A stretch of DNA of 64,000 nt, taken from assembly GCA_963727625.1 (NCBI GenBank), contig CAVSHR010000004.1, positions 96,001-160,000 of the forward strand. Reading direction: 5' to 3'. The position numbers and the translations under genes were made by a program. This DNA comes from an uncultured delta proteobacterium. Lineage in GTDB: Bacteria > Desulfobacterota > Binatia > UBA9968. Below are positions 55,230 to 64,000 of this stretch, one piece after another. Under the pieces are notes generated by a model, which saw only the letters and a list, made by a program, of their open reading frames with translations, made no database searches and was not told the origin of the DNA. How positions within the stretch are numbered: position 1 is the stretch's first letter; each line of letters starts with the position of its first letter.

Positions 55230-58200
55230 CCAGATGGCCGTGCGCCGGCCAGTGACAACCTATATGGCCGTGCTCATCGTGCTGATCCTCGGCGCGGTTG
55301 CGATTTTAAAAATTCCCGTCGAGCTCATGCCCGAGATCACTTTTCCCACGGTCACGGTCAATACCCGGTACGAAAACGTTAGCCCGGGCGAAATCGAGAC
55401 GTTGATCACCGAGCCGGTAGAAAAGGCGGTTAGCTCGGTGGCCGGGATCGAAGAAGTCAGCTCGGTTTCGGTGGAAGGGCGCAGCCAAGTGCGCGTGAGC
55501 TTCGTTTGGGGCACGGACCTCGACAGCGCGGTCAGCGACCTGCGCGAGAAACTCGACGGTATTCGCGACGATCTGCCGCGCGATGCCAAAGCTCCGGCGA
55601 TCTCGAAGTACGACGTTAACGCGTCGCCGATCATGTTCATCGGCATCGCCGGCGATATGGACGATGTTTCTCTACGGACCTTGGTGGAGAATCAGATTCG
55701 CTACCGGCTCGAGCGCGTCGCCGGCGTGGCTTCAGCGGAGATCCGCGGCGGTCTGGAGCGGGAAATTCATGTCGATCTTTTCCTCGACAAACTGCGCGCG
55801 CTGAATATCTCGCCGGCGGAAATCGAGCGCGCGCTGAGCGCCGAAAACGTCGACCTCCCGGCCGGCCATATCGATCGGGCGCATATGGAACTGACGGTGC
55901 GCACGCTTGGCCAGTTCACCGATTTGGAGCAGATGCGCAGTATGGTCGTGGCGCTGCGCCGGGGTACGCCGATTTATTTGCGCGATCTGGCGAGGGTGGA
56001 AGATTCGTTCCGAGAGATCGACCATGTGGTGCGCATCAACGGCCGTGGCGCGGTGATCGTGTCGCTGCTCAAGCAGCCCAACGCCAACACCGTGGAAGTC
56101 GTCGACCGCGTGAGCCGCGAGATTGACCAGATCAACCGGGATTTTCCGCAGATCGAGATCAGGTCGCTCAGAGAAAACGCCAGCTACATCCGCCGGGCAA
56201 TCAATAACGTGACCCGTTCCGCGCTGCTCGGCAGCGCTCTCGCCGTCGCGATCTTGCTGTTGTTCCTGCGCAGCCTGCGCAGCACAGTGGTCGTCGCCGT
56301 GGCGATCCCGGTCTCCATTGTGGCGACCTTCGCGCTGATGTTCTTCGAAGGCTTCACGATCAACATCATGTCCTTTGGCGGCCTGGCCCTTGGCGTCGGC
56401 ATGCTGGTCGACAACTCCATCGTGGTGCTGGAAAATATCTTCCGGCATCGCGATCAAGGCAAAGATCGCGGCGCTGCGGTGTACCACGGCACCCGTGAAG
56501 TGACCGGCGCCATTGTCGCCTCGACGCTCACCACCGTCGTGGTGTTTTTGCCGCTGCTGTTTATCCCCGGCACCGCCGGGGAGCTCTTCAAGCAGCTTGC
56601 CTGGGTCATCTTTTTTTCTCTGATGGTTTCTTTGCTTGTGGCGCTTACCCTGGTGCCGGTGATGTCCTATCAGCTGATGGGTCTGCCTGGACGGGGCGAT
56701 ATTGGCGCGATACGGAAATGCGCCGCCGCCGCGAAAGCGATGATGGACGGGCTGGAACAAGGCTACCGGGCGCTGCTGATACGTGCTCTCGACAATAAAG
56801 CTCTGTTGTTTTTTGTCGCGGCGATCCTTTTCTTCGGCAGTCTATTGCTTCTCTCCGAAGTGGGCACTGAATTTATGCCCAAAGCGGACGAGGGCGAGGT
56901 GCAAATTCTCGCGGAAATGGGCGAAGGCACGAAAATCAGCGCCATGGATACGGCCTTCGCCAAGATCGAGGCGATCGTCAAACGACAGGTGCCCGAGGCG
57001 CAAAACCTGTTCGTTCATTTCGGTCAGTTCGGCGGCCGGGCCCGCGGCAAGAATCAAGGCCATGTGCATATCTGGCTCGGCCCGAAAAAAGAGCGGCACC
57101 GCTCCGATGAAGACATCGCTCGGGATTTGCGCCGCCGGGTGAATGCGGTTGCCGGCGTAGTCGCGCGGGTGCGGGCGCGATCCGGACTCTTCGTGTTCCG
57201 CCGTCTCGGCCTTGCCGGGGATGACAATCTCGAGGTCAACCTGCGCGGTCATGACTTGATCGCCGCCCAGCGCATCGCCGGCGAGATCAAATCCCATATG
57301 GAGCAAGTCGTCGGCATCAGCGGCGTGCGCATCAACCGCCAGGGCGGACAGCCCGAGCTCGGCGTTCATATCGATCGCGAAAAAGCCGCGGCGTTGGGGA
57401 TTCCGGTAACGACGATCGCGCAAACCGTGAAAACCGCGTTGGTCGGCACGCGCGCGACGCTTTATCGCGACGGCGGCGACGAGTTCGACGTGCTGGTGCG
57501 TCTGGCCGAACGCGACCGGCTCACGCAGCAGGCGGTTTTGGATATCACGGTGCCGACGCCGTCGGGTAAATCGGTGGCATTGCGAAATCTCATCAGGCTC
57601 GAGGAGCGCAAAGGCCCGACGGAAATCCACCGGCTCAATCAGGAACGCATCATTTCACTGTCCGGAGAAGTGACCGGACGGGACATGGGCGCCGTCATTC
57701 AGGATCTGCAAGCACGGCTGCGCTCGGTAAAGTTACCGGCGGATTTTTCATTGGACGTTGGCGGCGACTATCATGAGCAGCGCGAAGCCTTTCGCGAGCT
57801 GCGGTGGGGACTGCTATTGGCGGTTGTCTTGGTTTATATGGTGATGGCGGCGCAATTCGAATCGCTGCGCGATCCCCTGCTGATCATGTTTTCTCTGCCG
57901 CTGGCGACGGTGGGGATCCTGATCTCGCTGTGGGTCACCAGCTCGACGATCAACGTCAACTCTTTCATCGGCATCATTTTGCTTACCGGCATCGTCGTTA
58001 ACAACGCCATCGTCCTGGTGGATTACATCAACTTGAAGATCCGCGAGGATGGGCTCGACGTGCGCGAGGCGGTCATCACCGGCTCTACAGCCCGCCTGCG
58101 GCCGGTGCTGATGACGACCTTGACCACGGTATTGGCGATGGTGCCGCTCGCTTTGGCTGCCGGCGAGGGCGGTGAGGTGCAAGCGCCTCTGGCGCGGGTG

Positions 58201-58347
58201 GTGATTGGCGGTTTGACCAGCTCGACGCTGATCACGCTGGTTTTCATTCCCGCGCTTTATGCCGCGGCGCGCCAATGGAAAGGCGTCAAAGCTTGGCAGA
58301 GCGGGCGCTCGTTGATCTACGGCAGCAGCCGCATCGCCAACAAATAG
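55219..58347 (+). CDS. RND efflux permease (AcrB/SwrC-like, HAE type)
   Basis: AVRRPVTT, GMLVDNSIVVLENI, GIVVNNAIVLVD, RLRPVLMT; lacks CusA-type motifs. Confidence 0.95.
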   Translation: MSLSQMAVRRPVTTYMAVLIVLILGAVAILKIPVELMPEITFPTVTVNTRYENVSPGEIETLITEPVEKAVSSVAGIEEVSSVSVEGRSQVRVSFVWGTDLDSAVSDLREKLDGIRDDLPRDAKAPAISKYDVNASPIMFIGIAGDMDDVSLRTLVENQIRYRLERVAGVASAEIRGGLEREIHVDLFLDKLRALNISPAEIERALSAENVDLPAGHIDRAHMELTVRTLGQFTDLEQMRSMVVALRRGTPIYLRDLARVEDSFREIDHVVRINGRGAVIVSLLKQPNANTVEVVDRVSREIDQINRDFPQIEIRSLRENASYIRRAINNVTRSALLGSALAVAILLLFLRSLRSTVVVAVAIPVSIVATFALMFFEGFTINIMSFGGLALGVGMLVDNSIVVLENIFRHRDQGKDRGAAVYHGTREVTGAIVASTLTTVVVFLPLLFIPGTAGELFKQLAWVIFFSLMVSLLVALTLVPVMSYQLMGLPGRGDIGAIRKCAAAAKAMMDGLEQGYRALLIRALDNKALLFFVAAILFFGSLLLLSEVGTEFMPKADEGEVQILAEMGEGTKISAMDTAFAKIEAIVKRQVPEAQNLFVHFGQFGGRARGKNQGHVHIWLGPKKERHRSDEDIARDLRRRVNAVAGVVARVRARSGLFVFRRLGLAGDDNLEVNLRGHDLIAAQRIAGEIKSHMEQVVGISGVRINRQGGQPELGVHIDREKAAALGIPVTTIAQTVKTALVGTRATLYRDGGDEFDVLVRLAERDRLTQQAVLDITVPTPSGKSVALRNLIRLEERKGPTEIHRLNQERIISLSGEVTGRDMGAVIQDLQARLRSVKLPADFSLDVGGDYHEQREAFRELRWGLLLAVVLVYMVMAAQFESLRDPLLIMFSLPLATVGILISLWVTSSTINVNSFIGIILLTGIVVNNAIVLVDYINLKIREDGLDVREAVITGSTARLRPVLMTTLTTVLAMVPLALAAGEGGEVQAPLARVVIGGLTSSTLITLVFIPALYAAARQWKGVKAWQSGRSLIYGSSRIANK

Positions 58348-58656
58348 CCGAATCTGATCGTCTTCACGGGATCACTGCCGTGGTTACCAGCGGGCTGGCT
58401 TTTTCATTCACAAACGATACAAATGATTGCGCAAGGGCCGCCGCTTCGGTTGAATTCTCTGAATTGTCATTGCGCCACGAGACCGGTTTCGTTCTTCTTA
58501 CGAAACCGGTAGCTCCGAGCGAAGGACGATTTCCATCGGGGGGGCTTGCCAGAGCTTATTTAAATACGCTATCAGGGAAAGTCGCGCTCTCCAGCTGATT
58601 ACCGACGGCGGGACGTGAGACCGCAGAGGCGCGAGAACTTCAGGGGGAGGTATCCA

Positions 58657-60516
58657 GTGAAAACATCGACTGCCAAACAAAGGAACGAAATGAACGATCG
58701 GCCAAACAAAATCGCTCAAATAGACCGGCCTCAAGCGCTGGGTAAACCGCAGATGAAGTGGGGCAGCGACGTGGTTGCCGAGGTCATGCGCCGGCTCAAT
58801 CTCAAATATATCGCGCTGGTGCCCGGCGCCAGCTACCGCGGCTTTCACGACAGCATTGTCAACTATCTCGGCAACGAAAACCCGCAGATGGTGATTTGCC
58901 TGCACGAAGAGCATGCGGTATCAATCGCGGACGGCTACGGCAAGGTAACCGAAGCGCCGATGGCGGTGGCGCTGCATGCCAACGTTGGTTTGATGCACGC
59001 GGCCATGCCGATTTTCAACGCCTGGTGCGACCGCACGCCGATGATCATCTTCGGCGCCACCGGCCCGGTGGACGCGCACCGCCGCCGCCCCTGGATAGAC
59101 TGGATTCATACGGCGAAAGATCAGGCGTCGATTATTCGCGATTACACAAAATGGGACGATCAGCCGGCCTCGCCGCAAGCGGCGGTGGAATCGGTTCTGC
59201 GGGCCAATCAGATCACGCGGAGCGCGCCCTACGGTCCGGTTTACATCTGCCTTGACGCCGGACTCCAGGAAGCGCCGTTGAGCGAAGAGATTTCAATTCC
59301 CCAGGCGGCGCGTTTCGCGCCGGCGCTCTCGCCCGCCGTGCCGCGAGTCTCTCTGCAGAAAGCGATCAAAGCCATCGAGCAGTCGAGATTTCCGCTGATT
59401 CTCGCCGGCCGCGTTTCGCGCAAGCAACAGGATTGGGACAACCGCGTGCGCTTCGCCGAGGCGATCGGCGCGGCCGTGTTGAGCAGCAGCAACGATCCCT
59501 CGGCGTTCCCGACCACCCATCCACTCCATCTCGCCGCCCCTTGCTTGCGCCCGAGCGCCAACGCTGCGGCGCTGATCAAGCAGGCCGATCTAATCATCAG
59601 CCTTGACTGGCTCGATCTCGCCGGCGTTTTACGTCTGAGCCTCGGTGCGGCTCAGACCCAGAATCCTGCGGACAAGACCATTCTTCATTGCTCCGTCGAC
59701 AGCATTCGCACCAACGGCTGGAGCATGGATCATCAGGCGCTCGCCGCGGTGGATATTCCGATCTTCGCCGAACCGGATCAGTTCGTCGCGCAAATGATCG
59801 AAGAGATGGGCGTCAAGAAGAGCCGTAAAATCAAATTTCGCCCCGAGATGAAAAGGCTCTTGCATTGGAACCATGCGCTCAAGGGCAAATCGGCACCGAC
59901 GCGCGGCAAACCGATGTCGATGTGGGACATGGCGATGACCGTGCGTGAATTCGCCAAGGGAAAGCCCGTGACCTTCGCTCGGCTGCCGATCGGATGGCCG
60001 GGAGAGGCGTACGAGTTCGACGGACCGCTTTCGTTCATGGGCAACGACGGTGGTGGCGCGGTCGGTACCGGGCCGGGGCATACCATCGGCGCCGCGTTGG
60101 CGCTCAAGGATAGCGGCCGGCTCACCATCGGCGTCATCGGCGACGGCGATTATCTGATGGGCGCCAACGCGCTCTGGAGCGCGTCGCACTTCGAGATTCC
60201 GGTGATGATCGTGGTCGCCGATAACCGCTCCTATTACAACGACGAGATGCACCAGGAGCGGGTGGCGCAAATGCGCAACCGGCCGACGCAAAACCGCTGG
60301 ATCGGCCAGCAGATCGATCAACCGCGAGTCGATTTGGTCGCAATGGCACGCGCCCAGGGTTTTGACAGCGAGCCTCCGGTGTCGAATTCCGAGGCACTGG
60401 CCAAGGCGCTCAAAAAAGGCGCCGAAGTTGTAGCCAAGGGCGGGCGCTATTTCATCGACTCACTGGTAACACCCGGTTACGCCGACGCCGGCCCCGATCA
60501 GCGGTCGGGCGGATAG
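58657..60516 (+). CDS. Thiamine pyrophosphate-dependent enzyme (benzoylformate decarboxylase/ALS-like)
   Basis: PGASYRG.HDS, CLHEEHAV..A.GY, GDGD...DNRSYYND; GTG start after GGAGG. Confidence 0.92.
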   Translation: MKTSTAKQRNEMNDRPNKIAQIDRPQALGKPQMKWGSDVVAEVMRRLNLKYIALVPGASYRGFHDSIVNYLGNENPQMVICLHEEHAVSIADGYGKVTEAPMAVALHANVGLMHAAMPIFNAWCDRTPMIIFGATGPVDAHRRRPWIDWIHTAKDQASIIRDYTKWDDQPASPQAAVESVLRANQITRSAPYGPVYICLDAGLQEAPLSEEISIPQAARFAPALSPAVPRVSLQKAIKAIEQSRFPLILAGRVSRKQQDWDNRVRFAEAIGAAVLSSSNDPSAFPTTHPLHLAAPCLRPSANAAALIKQADLIISLDWLDLAGVLRLSLGAAQTQNPADKTILHCSVDSIRTNGWSMDHQALAAVDIPIFAEPDQFVAQMIEEMGVKKSRKIKFRPEMKRLLHWNHALKGKSAPTRGKPMSMWDMAMTVREFAKGKPVTFARLPIGWPGEAYEFDGPLSFMGNDGGGAVGTGPGHTIGAALALKDSGRLTIGVIGDGDYLMGANALWSASHFEIPVMIVVADNRSYYNDEMHQERVAQMRNRPTQNRWIGQQIDQPRVDLVAMARAQGFDSEPPVSNSEALAKALKKGAEVVAKGGRYFIDSLVTPGYADAGPDQRSGG

Positions 60517-60517
60517 C

Positions 60518-60538
60518 CGGGCAGCCGCCCGCTTTCTT
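60518..60538 (+). terminator. Possible intrinsic terminator
   Basis: cgggc-agcc-gcccg then ctttctt right after the stop codon. Confidence 0.4.
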
Positions 60539-60772
60539 GGTTCTGCGACTCTTGAAATTAGAAGAGGGATCTGGCGCCTGTTTACGAATAGGAAAAGAAA
60601 GGTCGCCAGTCCCTCACTCTATCTTAAAGGTTCTCCTTTCGCTGCAATCATCCTTACCCGGTTTTTCCAACTCCTGAAACAAAATCACCCCCGATATTGT
60701 GGCGCCTTTCCGTTTAGTTTACTCTAAACCTACCGCGAAGTTTTTATCGGGGATCGCAAACGAGGGGACGCG

Positions 60773-61432
60773 ATGAAGCTCAGAATCATTTTAAGTTTTA
60801 TCACTCTTTTGACTCTCTGCTTGGCCACTTCGAAGGTTCACGCCGCGATGCAAGACGACGTCGACCGGGCGGTAGGCATCATCGAACGCTTCGAGGAGAT
60901 ACCCGAGAAGTCGATCCCTCCATGGGTGATGCGCGACGCAAAAGGGTTGGCGATTCTGACTATCACTAAAGCTGGATTCATCCTGAGCGGTAGGGGCGGC
61001 ACCGGAATTGTAATTGCGCGTACGGATAACGGCTGGAGTGGTCCGTCGGCGATCGGTTCGGGAGGGATAGGGGTCGGATTTCAGGCCGGCGTGCAGGTCT
61101 CCGAATACGTGATTATTCTCAATTCTCAAGAAGCCGTCAAGGCGTTTTCCAAAGGTAGCAACGTAACTCTGGGTGGGAATCTCAGCGCGGCGATCGGTCC
61201 GGTCGGGCGCTCCGCGGAAGCCGGGGCGGCGCCCCAGGCGGCGATCTATACATATAGCAGGAGCCAGGGGATTTTTGCCGGGATCTCTTTAGAAGGAACG
61301 GTCATTGCAACGCGCTACCAAGCCAACGAGGAGTACTACGGCAAACCGGTTTACACCAGCGATATCCTTACCGGCGCGGCCAAGCCGCCGGCGGGCGCGC
61401 AGAAATTGATCGATGCCCTGAAGAAATTCTGA
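60773..61432 (+). CDS. Ysc84/SYLF lipid-binding domain protein
   Basis: KAGFI.SG..G.G, WSGPS, GFQAG, YSRSQGIFAGISLEG, N..YYG. Confidence 0.92.
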   Translation: MKLRIILSFITLLTLCLATSKVHAAMQDDVDRAVGIIERFEEIPEKSIPPWVMRDAKGLAILTITKAGFILSGRGGTGIVIARTDNGWSGPSAIGSGGIGVGFQAGVQVSEYVIILNSQEAVKAFSKGSNVTLGGNLSAAIGPVGRSAEAGAAPQAAIYTYSRSQGIFAGISLEGTVIATRYQANEEYYGKPVYTSDILTGAAKPPAGAQKLIDALKKF

Positions 61433-61943
61433 AGATCGATTACGCTGAGACATCCTTGCAAGCCTCCATGACTCAAGGCCATGAGTGATGGTAAAAATTC
61501 CGCGGTCGAGTGGCGCTTTACGACTCGATCTGGCCAACGATTCAGCAGGTTCCCAGACGTTACTTGCATGTCTAAAAGTCACTGACCGCTTGTCAGCGAG
61601 ATTGCCATTGAGAATATCTCGATCGATGGCGTTGGTGAGCCCCGGCGGCATGCTGTACATCGAGACACCGCCCAATCGCATCTGCACCACCCTCAAATGA
61701 AGATATTGACCGATGGGAAGGAGCTGGGTTTCTCCGCGCCCGCCACAGGCTTAAAATAACTACCGGGCAGGAGACCAAGAAACGTCGTTAAGCTCACGTC
61801 AACCTCTGGCTGAATGAATCCGAATTCGAAGGCAAACGATTGTCTGGACCGTTTCATCGCAAAAACGCCGATGAGTCGATTGACGACGATCCGCAAGAAT
61901 CACAGCCCTTTTCTTGGTTGCCAATTTTCGCTAATGCTGGCCC

Positions 61944-62615
61944 ATGGCAAAAAAATTCACTGTACAATTACGGAGACGCTCGCAGCGCATCTGGCGGGCG
62001 ATCGAAGGCCATGCGTTCTTGCGCGAGCTCCATGCCGGCACCTTGCCGATGAATCGTTTCAGCTATTTTATCCTGCAGGACTACGTCTACCTACTCGACT
62101 TCGCGCAGGTGCTGTGCCTAGGTGGGTCCAAGTCCCCCGATCTCAAAATCCTCGAATTATTTTGCCGCCATGCGCTCGGCGCAGTGGAAGTCGAGCGCAG
62201 CTTCCATGCCGGCTTCGGCAAGAGCTTGGGATTGTCGGGGCAACAATTGGACGCCGTTCCGAAGGGCCCGATTACTCAAGCGTATATTGCCCACCTGCAA
62301 TCGGTGGCGCGAGGCGGCAGTCTCGCCGAGTTGGTCGCCGCGGTGCTTCCCTGTTACTGGATCTACGGCGAAATCGGCCGGCGCCTGTACCGCAACCGCC
62401 CGCGCAAGCCGAAGATTTATCGCGAGTGGATCGAGACCTACGCATCGGAATCCTTTTGGCGGCCGGTGCGCGAGCAAATTCAATTGATGGACAGGCTCGG
62501 CGCCGCTGCCAGCGGCAACGAGAAGAAGCGTCTGACCGAACATTTCATTGTGAGCAGCCGCTACGAATTCATGTTCTGGGACCAGGCCTATCGAGTGGAA
62601 AGTTGGCCGGTCTGA
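61944..62615 (+). CDS. tenA: Thiaminase II
   Basis: H.FL.EL..GTL, YILQDYVYL, LPCYWIY, WIETY, EFMFWD.AY. Confidence 0.92.
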   Translation: MAKKFTVQLRRRSQRIWRAIEGHAFLRELHAGTLPMNRFSYFILQDYVYLLDFAQVLCLGGSKSPDLKILELFCRHALGAVEVERSFHAGFGKSLGLSGQQLDAVPKGPITQAYIAHLQSVARGGSLAELVAAVLPCYWIYGEIGRRLYRNRPRKPKIYREWIETYASESFWRPVREQIQLMDRLGAAASGNEKKRLTEHFIVSSRYEFMFWDQAYRVESWPV

Positions 62616-63160
62616 ATTCTCGCCTTTGCCAAAGAATGCGGTTAAGGAATCGCCCTAGGAACGAGGCTGCGGCGCGGAGAGTTGCGTTTGTGCCTTGTTT
62701 TCGAGCTTCTGCGATGCCAGCAGAATCTCATCTCGGCACTTGATGAGATTCCGGCCAAAGATATTGGGTTTGCTTGTACTCTTGGGTTCCGATAAACTAT
62801 TTTTAGGTCCTGCCTTGATCCTACTGGCGCGCAAGAGGTCGGAGACCGGTTTACAGACTCCTAACGGCATGGACGTCGGCGTGGCTTAAACGCCGAAAGA
62901 TTCCCGGTCTTGCCCAATCATCCCTCTTCCAAGATCCGCAGGCTTTCACTGGCTTGTTTGAAGCGGGGGAGTGATCCATCCACTATTCGTAATCGCCGTA
63001 CCCTGTTAGATTGCCCCGGGGTGACAAGAAATTCGGGACCAAATCCAATGCCGTCTTCGAAAAGGAGACACGATCGAAGGCAACATCGGGGACAATTCCA
63101 GCCGGTAACTGCAGCAACCTTTTGACGTTTTTGCAGATGAAACAAACGCAAAGGAAATCA

Positions 63161-63463
63161 ATGATGGAGTTGGCCAAACGGTTATTTGTCGGAATCAAAA
63201 TCTCGAAGAGTCTGCAACGGGAGTTGGATACCCCAACACCCGGGACCCATCACTACCTCGACGGGGGCGACCATCTCGACGATCTCCAGGTTATCAATTT
63301 AGGAGACCATAGAATCATCGGCAGATATATCGAAGACGGTTGTCCGGCGCAGGCCATCACCGAAGTCGGCCGGAATGTGTGTAGGGTCGTGAAATTGATG
63401 AGCCGTGGACGCATCGAGGAAAACGAGGTTCATATTTACTCGGGTGAAGCCTCCGCGCATTAA
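63161..63463 (+). CDS. Hypothetical protein
   Basis: AAGGA RBS; ~100-aa plausible ORF abutting the next gene. Confidence 0.6.
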   Translation: MMELAKRLFVGIKISKSLQRELDTPTPGTHHYLDGGDHLDDLQVINLGDHRIIGRYIEDGCPAQAITEVGRNVCRVVKLMSRGRIEENEVHIYSGEASAH

Positions 63464-63940
63464 ATGGCCGAGGCTCGTTTCGTTCCCTTGGAGATGTATA
63501 GAATGGATACGATCAATATCAGTTTACGAGACGGTACATTGGTGCGCCATAAGAAGAAGGGATATGAAGGCAGGATTCAAGGGACGACTGGAATCAAAAC
63601 CTGCTTCACGAGAGGCGGTGATTTGTTGGGAGTACCGTCGACCAGGGAGACTTTTCAGTACCGTGTAGTAGTCGTTGGCCAGTCGATGCGACTCATCGCG
63701 CCGATTGAAGATCTAGAAATTCTCGAGGCTTCCGCGGAAATTATATGTATTCGTTGCAACAAATCCTTTCGCACCAATCCGGGTGTGGCGGGAAAAGTCG
63801 GCGGGCGTTGCGCGTGCGGCGGATGGATCTGTCCTCTCTGTCTAGGATGCCAAGCGGATGACGCTGTCAAACTAAAGGTGAAGTCCTGCGTAACCCAGCG
63901 CAAACGAATGCAGAAAAAACTCGCCAATGAAAGGAAATAG
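63464..63940 (+). CDS. Hypothetical protein with C-terminal Cys cluster
   Basis: CIRC, CAC, WICPLC..C; start uncertain. Confidence 0.65.
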   Translation: MAEARFVPLEMYRMDTINISLRDGTLVRHKKKGYEGRIQGTTGIKTCFTRGGDLLGVPSTRETFQYRVVVVGQSMRLIAPIEDLEILEASAEIICIRCNKSFRTNPGVAGKVGGRCACGGWICPLCLGCQADDAVKLKVKSCVTQRKRMQKKLANERK

Positions 63941-64000
63941 ACTGCCCCAAAACCAGCCATCCAATTGCCGTCGATAATCGTCACTTTTAGACGCCAACTG

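Noticed and set aside
61440-61943. TPP riboswitch upstream of tenA
   Set aside because: Only an isolated GCTGAGA is present; the other conserved THI-box elements were not found.
62655-62889. Short overlapping ORFs after tenA
   Set aside because: No RBS or motif support; opposing frames are equally weak.

Overview
Bacterial chromosomal window, GC-rich by eye. Gene content and intergenic repeats suggest a deltaproteobacterium-like lineage such as Candidatus Binatia (inference only). From left to right: (1) UbiD decarboxylase, a NEW3-repeat/ABC operon, trmL, dtd, a cupredoxin-like protein and lgt; (2) a ~27 kb copper/respiration accessory region (~7.6-34.4 kb) with a cytochrome c-CusF fusion, CusF lipoprotein, TolC, Tat multicopper oxidase, membrane adenylate cyclase, DUF1573-DsbD-DUF1573, CopA, Met/Gly-rich secreted repeat proteins and a complete Alternative Complex III-type operon, with many duplications and gene remnants; (3) aroE and the prkA-yeaH-spoVR operon; (4) an RfaH-like gene and a PDZ sensor kinase; (5) catabolic and efflux genes (ferritin-like, FAH, VOC, SDR, GST, hydroxycinnamoyl-CoA hydratase-lyase, RND pump, TPP enzyme, Ysc84, tenA). 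Best candidate for a new system: a family of ~135-aa secreted leader ORFs heading the copper operons (WAFxxCR - Cys/Cys spacing 39 aa - HC - ~70 aa - PP..RHLLLxVxxI-stop, followed by a hairpin). They may be metal-sensing translation-coupled attenuators in a region with no recognisable metal transcription regulator. A truncated third copy and its sigma54-like promoter sit directly upstream of the ACIII operon. All calls come from reading motifs by eye; no searches were run.
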